Below, one piece after another: positions 1 to 8,856 of a stretch of DNA of 64,000 bases (position 1 is the first letter of the stretch; each line of letters begins with the position of its first letter). Below the pieces are notes generated by a model, which saw nothing but the letters and a program-made list of their open reading frames with translations, was not told the origin of the DNA and searched no databases. Location: the NCBI GenBank assembly GCA_038852315.1, contig JAWCKF010000006.1, positions 10,568-74,567 of the forward strand. Reading direction: 5' to 3'. The translations under genes and the position numbers were made by a program. This DNA comes from Thermoplasmata archaeon. GTDB taxonomy: Archaea; Thermoplasmatota; Thermoplasmata; UBA10834.

Positions 1-496
<496 letters not shown>

Positions 497-618
497 ACTC
501 GCGCCTTTGAAGAACTGATGGCTATTACTGCCATAAGGCTCTTTTCGAAGGTTCTGCCAAAACGCCGTCTCAGGGGTCCGTCCGCAGAGGAGCGGTCGTT
601 CCTGGCCCCCGTTGTGAG

Positions 619-690
619 TGCGGCTGCCGGGATTTGAACCCGGGTTTGAAGCTTGGGAAGCTCCAGTCCTAACCCCTAGACTACAGCCGC
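619..690 (-). tRNA. tRNA-Gly (anticodon CCC)
   Basis: The reverse complement folds as a cloverleaf: GCGGCTG TA GTCT AGGGGTTA GGAC T GGAGC TTCCCAA GCTTC AAAC CCGGG TTCAAAT CCCGG CAGCCGC A. There is no intron and CCA is not encoded. Confidence 0.85.
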
Positions 691-742
691 TCCCGTGGGG
701 AAGTCGGTGGAAACAGTGCCAGGTGGTGAGCGACCGCCCCGC

Positions 743-1003
743 TCACTTAACCGTCTCCAGCTGGCTGATGATGTTCCAGATGAGCGTCCGCCCGTGCAGC
801 GGGATGTTCGGGTCGTTCGCCAGCTCGTCCAGAATCATTATCGCGCTCGCGCTCCTCACATCTAGCGCCTCGTTCTTCCTCATGAGCCGCTCTTTCGCGT
901 CTGCGGCCCCGCGCCTGATGTTCCTCGGGACGGAGGTGTCCTCAGCAAGCTGGTCCAACACCTCCATGATCTGCCTCAACTTCGTCTCCGTGTCCGCCAT
1001 CAT
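743..1003 (-). CDS. UPF0147-family small archaeal protein
   Basis: 86-aa ORF. Motifs VPRNIRRGA and DVRSASAIMILDELANDPNIPLHGRTLIWN resemble the conserved UPF0147 family. Confidence 0.7.
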   Translation of the reverse strand: MMADTETKLRQIMEVLDQLAEDTSVPRNIRRGAADAKERLMRKNEALDVRSASAIMILDELANDPNIPLHGRTLIWNIISQLETVK

Positions 1004-1046
1004 GATACCACCTCTCCAGGAACCTGAGATCCATGCTCTCCATCGC

Positions 1047-1391
1047 TCACTTCTTCTGCTCTTCCTCGGGCTCTACTTTGACCTCGCCCCTCTCCTTGAA
1101 GGTCGTGACGACCATGAATGTCTTGGTCTCCTTCACCCCGTCGATTTCGGCGACATCGTCGACTATGAACTTCTTGAGGGCGGCGTAGTTCGGGAACCTG
1201 GCCTTCGCGATTATGTCCGTATCGCCAGTCACCAGGAAGACGTCCTCTATGTTCGGGAAGCTCGCGATCTTCTGTGCGACGATGTCGGACCCCTTCGTGT
1301 CTATCTTGAACGTGACAAGGGCCGCAACCTGGTCGCCACCGTAGTAAGACGAGATGACCTCCTCGTACTCCTTCTTATCCTTCTCTTCCAT
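1047..1391 (-). CDS. Lrp/AsnC-type ligand-binding (RAM) domain protein, stand-alone
   Basis: 114 aa. The pattern ALVTFKID...FPNIEDVFLVTGDTDIIAKARFPNYAALKKFI...IDGVKETKTFMV matches the AsnC_trans_reg fold. No N-terminal HTH is present. Confidence 0.7.
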   Translation of the reverse strand: MEEKDKKEYEEVISSYYGGDQVAALVTFKIDTKGSDIVAQKIASFPNIEDVFLVTGDTDIIAKARFPNYAALKKFIVDDVAEIDGVKETKTFMVVTTFKERGEVKVEPEEEQKK

Positions 1392-1533
1392 GTCAACGCC
1401 CCCTCAATCCTGTGGCGTACGGATCCGTTTCGGTCGCCCTTTCGGTGATGTCAAAAGCCTGCGGATGAACAGGGGGTTGAATCGCAACCCTCGTGCAGTC
1501 GGGTTTCGTCGTCGCTTGCCGTCACCAGAGGTC

Positions 1534-1704
1534 CTAGAGCCGCGCCCCCTCGAACTCCTCCTGGAGGTCAATTATCACCTGTTCGAGGATCTCCTCGAGG
1601 CTGGCGCTGCGGTACTCCCGCAGCCCCCCGAGGTCGCTCTGTACTCTGGCCACGTAGGTCGTGTTGCTCTTCAGAAACTCAACGTTGCACAGGGGCTCTT
1701 CCAT
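1534..1704 (-). CDS. Small hypothetical protein (56 aa)
   Basis: Below the ORF-track size cut-off. My translation is MEEPLCNVEFLKSNTTYVARVQSDLGGLREYRSASLEEILEQVIIDLQEEFEGARL. Third codon positions are GC-rich like neighbouring genes. A TATA-like CTATATATG (minus strand, about 1778-1786) lies about 75 nt upstream. Confidence 0.35.
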   Translation of the reverse strand: MEEPLCNVEFLKSNTTYVARVQSDLGGLREYRSASLEEILEQVIIDLQEEFEGARL

Positions 1705-2004
1705 CTATGTTCACCTTTGCTGGCCTCAGGCACCACCCCAGGCCATGGGATGCACGGTCCGGCGCTATCTATGGCCTCATATATAGAACTTTCTTTAATG
1801 CCTTTCGGTGGCCTCCAAGACGGCCAGAGCAGCATCGGAAAGCCTGTCGGGGAGCTGCGGGGCCGGTCGGCAGCGCCTCTCCCAACGGTTATATATCGTG
1901 TCATCCTTTCGCACGCTTACATGGACTCGTCAGGTCAGCCTCGCATAGCTATCCTGATTAGCTGATCAAAGCTATCTCGCCGAGTCCGTGATAGCATCCT
2001 TCTG

Positions 2005-5000
2005 ATGGTGATGATTGTCATGGCCATTGGACGTTTCCGCGAACCTTCCGGGGAGACCATCCCTCAACTTGAGGAGCAGGTGCTCCGGTCGTGGGAGGAG
2101 AGGGATGTCCTCGCAAAGGTGAGGGAACGCATGCGCGGGGGACCGCCGTTCGTGTTCTGCGAGGGTCCGCCAACCGCCAACGCGAGACCCCACATCGGGC
2201 ATGTGTTCCCGCGGGTGGCGAAGGATGCGTTCCTCAGGTATCATGTCATGAACGGCCGTCGGATAGTCCCGTACATAGCTGGATGGGACTGCCACGGCCT
2301 GCCCGTCGAGCTCGAGGTCGAGCGCTCCCTCGGCCTGCGGAGCAAGAAGGACATCGAGTCGTTCGGGGTAGACCGCTTCAACCAGATGTGTCGCGAGAGC
2401 GTACTGAGGTATGAACAGGACTGGAAGTGGATGAGCCGTAGAGCAGGCTACTGGCTCGACTACGAGCACGCCTACAGGACCATGTCGAGGGAGTACATCG
2501 AGAGCGTGTGGTGGTCCCTCAAGCAGCTTCACTCCAGGGGCCTCCTCCAGAAGGGCCGCAGGGTCGAGCCGTACTGTCCAAGGTGCGGGACCCCCCTCAG
2601 CTCGCACGAGGCAGCGCTCGGTTTCAAAGAGGTGGAGTCGAGGGAGGTCATCGTGCGCATGAGGGTCGACGAGCTCGACGCCGAGCTGCTGGTGAGCGAG
2701 CCGTCCCCCTGGCGTCTGCCCATGAACGCCCTGGTCGCTGTGGACAGGGAGAGGCGCTACGTGGTCTTCCAAAGGGGCGGTGAGAGATTGATCGTCTCCG
2801 AGGAAGCATTGTCGAAGTTCTCGGACGAGGCATCGGTCGTGGCGCGACTCTCAGGAGCCGACCTTCTCGGCAAGAGGTATGAGCCGCCTTTCAAGCTTCA
2901 CGACTATGGCGGAAGAGGGTTCCGGGTCGTCCACGCAGACGGCCCACTCGGTGCAGATACTGGCATCCTGTCCGTGGCTCCTGCTACTGGCGCATGGGAC
3001 TTCGAACTTGCAGGGTCCTATGGCGTGGAGATATGGGACCCTGTTTCCATCGACGGGACGTTCTCGGCCGAGGTCCCCGAACTTCAGGGCAGGCAGGCGG
3101 CGGACTGCGACGCCGAGGTCATGCGCATGCTCGAGTCCCGTGGCCTGCTGTTCAAGTGGGAGCTGGTCAGAGAGTCAACAGCTCCCTTCTGCTGGAGGTG
3201 CGGCACCCGGCTGCTGTTCAAGCCCGTCGAGACATGGTTCGTGAACGTGTCTACGGCGAAGGACGAGCTCCTGAGTCTGAACGAGGAGGTCAGATGGGTT
3301 CCCGATGGTTTCAAGCACGGCAGGTTCGGGCAGTTCCTCCGCAACGTCAGAGACTGGGCCGTCAGCAGGTCTAGGTACTGGGGAACTCCGCTGCCTGTTT
3401 GGAGCTGCAGGAACGGCCACCAGGTCTGTGTGGGCAGCTATGAGGAGCTCCGGACGCTATCAGCGACTCCGCTGCCTGATGAGTTCGACCCGCACAGGCC
3501 GTTCATCGATTCGGTTGCGCTAAGGTGCCCGACATGCGGTGAGGGCATGCGCCGCGAGGAGTTCGTGATAGATTGCTGGTACGATTCTGGATGCGCCCCC
3601 TTCGCACAGTACCATTACCCGTTCGAGAACATCGCCGAGTTCGACACGCACAGATCCGTCGACTTCATCGCCGAGGGCGTCGACCAGACCCGGGGATGGT
3701 TCTACACCCAGCACGCTCTCGCGGCGCTGCTCTTCAGGGCGCCCGCTTTCAAGAGCGTCCTTGTGCTAGGCCACGTCTTGGACGAGAATGGGAGGAAGAT
3801 GAACAGGCTGACCGGGAACGCCGTCTACCCAGCGGATGTATTCAGCAGCGTCGGTGCTGACGCCACACGCGTGTACCTGCTGGGAGGCCAGGTCTGGCAG
3901 CCTGTCCAGTTCTCCCTCGATGCGGTGAGGCGGGAGTCAGTGAGGCCGCTCACGACCCTTTTGAACGTATACGCGTTCTTCGCCTCCAACGCAAACGCGT
4001 ACGGGTTCGTCGAACAGGCGGAGTACCAGCGCACACACGACCTCGACAGGTGGATCATCTCCCGACTCCACTCCACTTTGAAGGAGGCTAAGGCGGGGTT
4101 CGACTCGCTGGAGGTGCACCAGGCGGTGGCCGCGTTCGAGCGGTTCATCGAGGACCTGAGCAACTGGTACCTGAGGTGTTCGAGGAGGAGGTTCTGGAAC
4201 GAGAGCGACCCCCAGGACAGGTTCTCGGCCCACTGCACGCTGTACGAATGCCTCCTGACGCTCTCGAAGGCGATGGCTCCGGTCACGCCGTTCCTGTCCG
4301 AGTGGCTATACGGCTCCTTAAGGGGCCCGAAGGAGAGCGTCCACCTGGAGGACTATCCTGCACCTGCAGACGGCCTTGTCAACCCGACTCTCGAGCGGCA
4401 GATGGCGGCCGTGATTGCGGCTGTCGAGGCCGGCAGGCTCGCCAGGCAGAAGGCCAACGTGAAGCTCCGCCAGCCCCTGCCATCGGCCGTCCTGGTGGCC
4501 GACGCGGACAGGGCGTGGACACTGCGCAGGTACGAGAAGATGGTGGCCGATGAGCTGAACGTGAAGAGGGTCGAGTGCCTCGAGAGCAGGGAGCGCATGA
4601 TTCAATACGCCGTGCACCCCAACCTGAGGGTTCTCGGGCCCAAGCTCAAGGAAAACGCCTCGGAGGTTGCGAAGCTACTATCCAAGGTCGACGAGAACGA
4701 GCTGGTCAAGCACCTCCGGTCGAAGGGCAAGGTGAGGCTGGGCGGATACGATTTGACCGAGGAGGATGTCTTGGTGACGGAGAAGGAGAAGCCAGGGTAT
4801 TCCCACGCCGAGGTACAAGGGATACACGCATACGTTGAGTTGGAGATGACCCACAAGCTGAGGCTGGAGGGATTGGCCAGAGACGTGATAAGGCGGATCC
4901 AGCACATGCGCAAGCTCCAGGGTCTGCGGTTCGAGGACCCCATCGCCGTGGAGTATCACGGCCATCGCGACATAGAGACGGCGGTAGCCTCCTATCGGGA

Positions 5001-5118
5001 ACACATTATGAGAGAGACACACGCCGTCAGCCTATCTAGGTGTGAGCCTCTGGCCGGCGGTCAGGACTGGACGATAGACGGCCTGAAGGTCAGCCTTGTC
5101 GTCAGGAAGGCCGGATGA
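2005..5118 (+). CDS. ileS: Isoleucyl-tRNA synthetase
   Basis: 1037 aa. It carries a HIGH motif (PTANARPHIGH), the class Ia signature WAVSRSRYWGTPLPVW, zinc-type CxxC pairs and a KMSKS-position motif reading KMNRL. The true start may be the ATG at 2020 (MAIGRF...). Confidence 0.9.
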   Translation: MVMIVMAIGRFREPSGETIPQLEEQVLRSWEERDVLAKVRERMRGGPPFVFCEGPPTANARPHIGHVFPRVAKDAFLRYHVMNGRRIVPYIAGWDCHGLPVELEVERSLGLRSKKDIESFGVDRFNQMCRESVLRYEQDWKWMSRRAGYWLDYEHAYRTMSREYIESVWWSLKQLHSRGLLQKGRRVEPYCPRCGTPLSSHEAALGFKEVESREVIVRMRVDELDAELLVSEPSPWRLPMNALVAVDRERRYVVFQRGGERLIVSEEALSKFSDEASVVARLSGADLLGKRYEPPFKLHDYGGRGFRVVHADGPLGADTGILSVAPATGAWDFELAGSYGVEIWDPVSIDGTFSAEVPELQGRQAADCDAEVMRMLESRGLLFKWELVRESTAPFCWRCGTRLLFKPVETWFVNVSTAKDELLSLNEEVRWVPDGFKHGRFGQFLRNVRDWAVSRSRYWGTPLPVWSCRNGHQVCVGSYEELRTLSATPLPDEFDPHRPFIDSVALRCPTCGEGMRREEFVIDCWYDSGCAPFAQYHYPFENIAEFDTHRSVDFIAEGVDQTRGWFYTQHALAALLFRAPAFKSVLVLGHVLDENGRKMNRLTGNAVYPADVFSSVGADATRVYLLGGQVWQPVQFSLDAVRRESVRPLTTLLNVYAFFASNANAYGFVEQAEYQRTHDLDRWIISRLHSTLKEAKAGFDSLEVHQAVAAFERFIEDLSNWYLRCSRRRFWNESDPQDRFSAHCTLYECLLTLSKAMAPVTPFLSEWLYGSLRGPKESVHLEDYPAPADGLVNPTLERQMAAVIAAVEAGRLARQKANVKLRQPLPSAVLVADADRAWTLRRYEKMVADELNVKRVECLESRERMIQYAVHPNLRVLGPKLKENASEVAKLLSKVDENELVKHLRSKGKVRLGGYDLTEEDVLVTEKEKPGYSHAEVQGIHAYVELEMTHKLRLEGLARDVIRRIQHMRKLQGLRFEDPIAVEYHGHRDIETAVASYREHIMRETHAVSLSRCEPLAGGQDWTIDGLKVSLVVRKAG

Positions 5119-5644
5119 CCTTGTGACCCGCGCTCGCCACCCTCTTCTCCATGCAGTAGGCGTCCCTGCCTCTTGCGTAGAAGTCCTTTATTGTACCCTT
5201 GATCTCGTATCCGCGGCTCAGATACAGGGACAGGGCAGGCTCGTTGTCCGTCTCGACTTCCAGTGTATACCTGGCCATGTTGTGCGCCCTGAAGATGTTC
5301 TCGCACTCCTCCAACAGGAGTGCTCCTATCCCCTTACCCCTATGACTCCTTAGCACGGCTATCGAGGCTATCTTGCCCTCGTTGCGTTCGGCGGTGAGAA
5401 GACCCATAGCCGATCCGACGACCTCATCGTCCTCGACGGCCAGTATCACGAAGGCGTCCTCCCTCAGCAGGAACGCCCTCAGCACCTCAGGGCTGAACCT
5501 CTCGGTCCCGAAGCAGTCCTCCTCTATCCGCATCATCGCTTCGAGGTCGCCCTCTTCGCCCCTTCGGAGGATCACGACTGGAGAGACGCGCGAGGCGGAT
5601 ATTTGGCTTGCGGAACCACAATGATGGTGGCCTGTGACGGACAC
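5102..5644 (-). CDS. GNAT family N-acetyltransferase (RimI-like)
   Basis: 180 aa. The acetyl-CoA binding motif is IASIAVLRSHRGKGIGALLL. Its 3' end overlaps the ileS 3' end by 17 nt in convergent orientation. Confidence 0.85.
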   Translation of the reverse strand: MSVTGHHHCGSASQISASRVSPVVILRRGEEGDLEAMMRIEEDCFGTERFSPEVLRAFLLREDAFVILAVEDDEVVGSAMGLLTAERNEGKIASIAVLRSHRGKGIGALLLEECENIFRAHNMARYTLEVETDNEPALSLYLSRGYEIKGTIKDFYARGRDAYCMEKRVASAGHKVIRPS

Positions 5645-5657
5645 GCCCCCGTCCCCG

Positions 5658-7466
5658 CTACCATCTCTTCAGGATCTCGTTTGTCCTGGCCTCGTACTCC
5701 TCCTCGGTTATGAGACCCTGGTCCCTCATCTTCCTCAGCTGGAAGAGCATCTCCTCCGGCCTGGTCAGTGCTGGTGCGGGCTGGGGCGTGCTTAGGGCCG
5801 ATGGCCCCGGCGAGTATGTGCGCACCTCTATCTTCTTCGGCCTCCTTGCGCGCGCGCCCCGGAAGATCAGTGCCGCGACCACGGCGACAACCAAGACCGC
5901 TATCAGCAGCGGTGCGAGATCCACAAGCCTGGAGACGAAGTCCTCCTCGACAGGGACGACTATGACGGTACCGTTCGAGACCGTTATCCGCGTGAGGGCC
6001 GTTGCCGTCGAGCCCAGAGAGTCGGTCACGGACAGTCTGACAGTGTATTTCCCCGCGGTCCCGTATGTGTGCACCGGCGCGGCCACCGTCGACTCATTTC
6101 CGTCTCCGAAGTCCCAACCATAGGTGTAGGGCTGCACGCCACCCGTGACATTCGACGAGAACCTCACGGTCAGTTTGGACTGCGCGGGCACTGCAGTGGC
6201 CCCTATGCTCACCGCGAGCCTCCCCACGCTCATGGCCGTGCCGTAGGCATACCGCAGGTCGTGGTTGGTGAAGTCGCTGTAGCCGATGTGGACGAGCCCG
6301 TTGGACGCCACCGCGACCGATGTGTCGAAACCGAGGTCGCCCTCGCTGTCGAGCGTGTAGGACTCCCACGCGCCGTTCGCGTTCGTTGCGTACTTGAGGT
6401 CTCGGTCTGATATGTCGGTGAAGTCCGAGTAGGTGATGTGTATCTTGCCCTGAGAGTCGACCGAGATCGATGTCGAGAGGCCCACGTTGCCGTCGCCGTC
6501 GATCGTGTAGGTTGCCCAGGCTCCTCCTGCGTTCGTCGCGTACTTCAGCGTTGCATTAGACTCGTCATGATAGCTTATGTGGACCCCACCCATCGCATCT
6601 ACTGCTATCGAGGTGTCATATCCGACATACTCCTCGCTGTCGATGGTGTAGCACGCCCAGGCCCCTCCCGCGTTCGTCGCGTACTTCAGGTTTTCGTTCG
6701 TCCAGTCACCATAACTGATGTGCACCCACCCGTCAGGGTCGAGTGCTAGCGAGGTGTCAAAGCCGACCTCGCCTTCGCTGTCCACCGTGTAGATGGCCCA
6801 ATCGCCGTCCTTGTTGGTCGCGTACTTCAGATCGTATTCGGTCCAGTCGAGGTAGCTTATGTGGACCGCGCCTCGGTCGTCAACAGCAATCGATGAGAAT
6901 AGGCCGACGCTTCCCTCGCTGTCGATCGTGTGTGTCGACCATGTGCCCCCGACGTTGGTGGCGTACTTCAGATCCCTGTTGGTCCAGTCGAGGTAGCTGA
7001 TGTGGATGAACCCCGCCGGATCCACTGCTACCGAGCTGTACCTTCCCACATCGCCTTCGCTGTCGATCGTGTAGCACGCCCACTCCCCATCCTTGTTCGT
7101 CGCGTACTTCAGGTCGCCGTTAGATCCGTCGTAGTAGCTGATGTGCGCCCTATCCGCCTGATCGAGCGCTAGGGAGCAGGTGCTCCCCACATCTCCCTCG
7201 GAATCCACTATCGAGAATCTCCAGTGGAACGCGCCCGAGAGAATCTCCGCGGCTCTCGATTGTTCGGTTCCTCTCTCGTGCGTCGAGATTCCCAAGCACG
7301 ATAGCAAGATGACGACGGAAAGGGACACAGCTGCTGAAATGGCTCGGCGCGAGTCCCGCATCCCTGCCCGTGCGCTGCAGCCGTTCATTCGTCCTCCGAA
7401 CCCGAATGCCGCGAAAGCACTTATTCGTATTTGCCCCCTCGCCATGTCCCTCGAGCAGAGCGGCAC
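5658..7466 (-). CDS. Surface protein: signal/anchor, 7 beta-propeller-like repeats, PKD domain, TM helix, C-terminal SHOCT-like tail
   Basis: 602 aa. It has seven 47-50 aa repeats (DLKYATN..G.W..YTIDSEG.VG..TS.A.D..G.VHISY.D) and a PKD motif (PYTYGWDFGDGNES...HTYGTAGKYTVRLSVTDSLG). These are followed by a TM segment (LAPLLIAVLVVAVVAALIF) and the tail LITEEEYEARTNEILKRW. The likely start is the internal Met at 7361 (MRDSRRAISAAVSLSVVILL). Confidence 0.8.
   Translation of the reverse strand: MPLCSRDMARGQIRISAFAAFGFGGRMNGCSARAGMRDSRRAISAAVSLSVVILLSCLGISTHERGTEQSRAAEILSGAFHWRFSIVDSEGDVGSTCSLALDQADRAHISYYDGSNGDLKYATNKDGEWACYTIDSEGDVGRYSSVAVDPAGFIHISYLDWTNRDLKYATNVGGTWSTHTIDSEGSVGLFSSIAVDDRGAVHISYLDWTEYDLKYATNKDGDWAIYTVDSEGEVGFDTSLALDPDGWVHISYGDWTNENLKYATNAGGAWACYTIDSEEYVGYDTSIAVDAMGGVHISYHDESNATLKYATNAGGAWATYTIDGDGNVGLSTSISVDSQGKIHITYSDFTDISDRDLKYATNANGAWESYTLDSEGDLGFDTSVAVASNGLVHIGYSDFTNHDLRYAYGTAMSVGRLAVSIGATAVPAQSKLTVRFSSNVTGGVQPYTYGWDFGDGNESTVAAPVHTYGTAGKYTVRLSVTDSLGSTATALTRITVSNGTVIVVPVEEDFVSRLVDLAPLLIAVLVVAVVAALIFRGARARRPKKIEVRTYSPGPSALSTPQPAPALTRPEEMLFQLRKMRDQGLITEEEYEARTNEILKRW
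6237..7229 (-). repeat. Tandem coding repeats (about 141-150 nt unit, 7 copies) encoding the propeller blades
   Basis: Seen as the recurring peptide unit DLKYATN...HISY in ORF 5658..7466. Coordinates are derived from residue positions 80-410. Confidence 0.7.
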
Positions 7467-7535
7467 GTAGCGGATGCGACGAGTAAGCGCGTACGCTGGC
7501 TAGGCGGACAGGTTGCGATTCATCCATGCGAAGGA

Positions 7536-7543
7536 CTTATATG
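7536..7543 (+). promoter_or_regulatory. TATA-like box for asnS (leaderless configuration)
   Basis: CTTATATG is centred about 27 nt upstream of the ATG at 7567. No SD-like motif lies in between. Confidence 0.45.
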
Positions 7544-7566
7544 CGGATTTCTTCTTCAGCATCTGG

Positions 7567-8856
7567 ATGCTCACAATACGACAGGCCCTCTCTAGGGATC
7601 GCATCGGCCAAAAGGTCGCTCTGAGGGGCTGGATATATCGCACGCGGTCGAGCGGCGGGATAGTCTTCGTTGTCCTGAGGGATGCGACGGGGATAATGCA
7701 GGTCACCGTCAAGAAGGGAAGCCTTCCTGAAGGTGAGTTCGAAGACGCCACCAAGGCCGGCATCGAATCCTCCGTGGTAGTCGAGGGGGAGGTGGCAGAG
7801 GACAGGCGCGCACCCGGCGGACTCGAGGTGCGCGCATCGAGGTTTCAGGTCGTGGGCTTTGCGGAGCCGTTCCCCATCACGGAATATCAGAGCACCGAGC
7901 TTCTGCTCGACCAGAGGCATCTTTGGATAAGGTCCAGGGAGCAGAACGCAGTCGCCAAGGTGAAGGCGGCCTTGCTGAGGGGCGCCAGGGACTGGTTCCA
8001 CGCGAACGACTATGTCGAGGTCACGCCGCCCATTATCACGGCTGTCGCACCCGAGGACAGCACCACGCTCTTTCAGGTCAAGTACTTCGACAGGATAGCG
8101 TATCTCTCCCAGAGCGCTCAGTTCTATCTTGAGTCGCTGATATTCTCCCTGGAGAAGGTCTATTCACTCACGCCTTCGTTCAGGGCTGAGAAGTCCAGGA
8201 CCCCCCGGCACCTGGCGGAGTACTGGCACCTCGAGATGGAGGCCGCGTGGCTGACCAACGAGGACAACATGAAGGTCCAGGAAGAGCTCGTGACCGCGAT
8301 GCTCTCCCAGGCGGTTCGGGAGTGCTCCCCCGAGCTCGAGCTGCTGAAGCGCGACCCCAAGTCGCTGAAGAAGATCGAGCCGCCCTTCGACCGGATGAAG
8401 TACGAGGAGGCGATGGAGTACCTGCAGAAGAAGGGGCACGGCGTTTCATGGGGAAGTGACCTGGGGGCGGTGGAGGAGCGGGAGCTGACCATCGACAGGG
8501 AGCTACCACTGTTCATCGTCAACTACCCGAAGGAGCTCAAGCCGTTCTACATGAAGGAGAACCCTGAGGATCCGAGGACATACAAGAACAGCGACCTTCT
8601 TGCGCCAGAGGGCTACGGCGAGATCATCGGAGGGAGCGAGAGGGAGACCGACAACGCCAAGATGATAGCGTGGCTCGAGGAGAAGGGGGAGAACCTGGAC
8701 AACTACAAGTGGTACCTGGACCTAAGGAGATACGGCTCGGTCCCTCACTCTGGTTTCGGTCTCGGGATAGAGAGGATAGTGACATGGGTCTGCAAGCTCG
8801 AGCATATCCGCGATGCGACGCCGTATCCTAGGACTGTCGCGCGCGTGTATCCCTGA
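7567..8856 (+). CDS. asnS: Asparaginyl-tRNA synthetase
   Basis: Class IIb motifs are present: FRAEKSRTPRHLAEYWHLEMEAAW, GGSERE and RRYGSVPHSGFGLGIERIV. The ORF track starts at 7513, but MLTIRQAL at 7567 fits the family N-terminus and the TATA spacing. Confidence 0.88.
   Translation: MLTIRQALSRDRIGQKVALRGWIYRTRSSGGIVFVVLRDATGIMQVTVKKGSLPEGEFEDATKAGIESSVVVEGEVAEDRRAPGGLEVRASRFQVVGFAEPFPITEYQSTELLLDQRHLWIRSREQNAVAKVKAALLRGARDWFHANDYVEVTPPIITAVAPEDSTTLFQVKYFDRIAYLSQSAQFYLESLIFSLEKVYSLTPSFRAEKSRTPRHLAEYWHLEMEAAWLTNEDNMKVQEELVTAMLSQAVRECSPELELLKRDPKSLKKIEPPFDRMKYEEAMEYLQKKGHGVSWGSDLGAVEERELTIDRELPLFIVNYPKELKPFYMKENPEDPRTYKNSDLLAPEGYGEIIGGSERETDNAKMIAWLEEKGENLDNYKWYLDLRRYGSVPHSGFGLGIERIVTWVCKLEHIRDATPYPRTVARVYP

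Noticed and set aside
618-1448. 276-aa plus-strand ORF
   Set aside because: It starts inside the tRNA-Gly gene. It runs antisense to the UPF0147 and AsnC-domain genes, both of which have recognisable family motifs. Its composition (Ser/Leu/Pro/Arg-rich) is typical of shadow frames in high-GC DNA.
1972-2772. 266-aa minus-strand ORF opposite the 5' part of ileS
   Set aside because: It is antisense to a gene with unmistakable IleRS motifs. It is His/Pro/Arg/Leu-rich with no motif.
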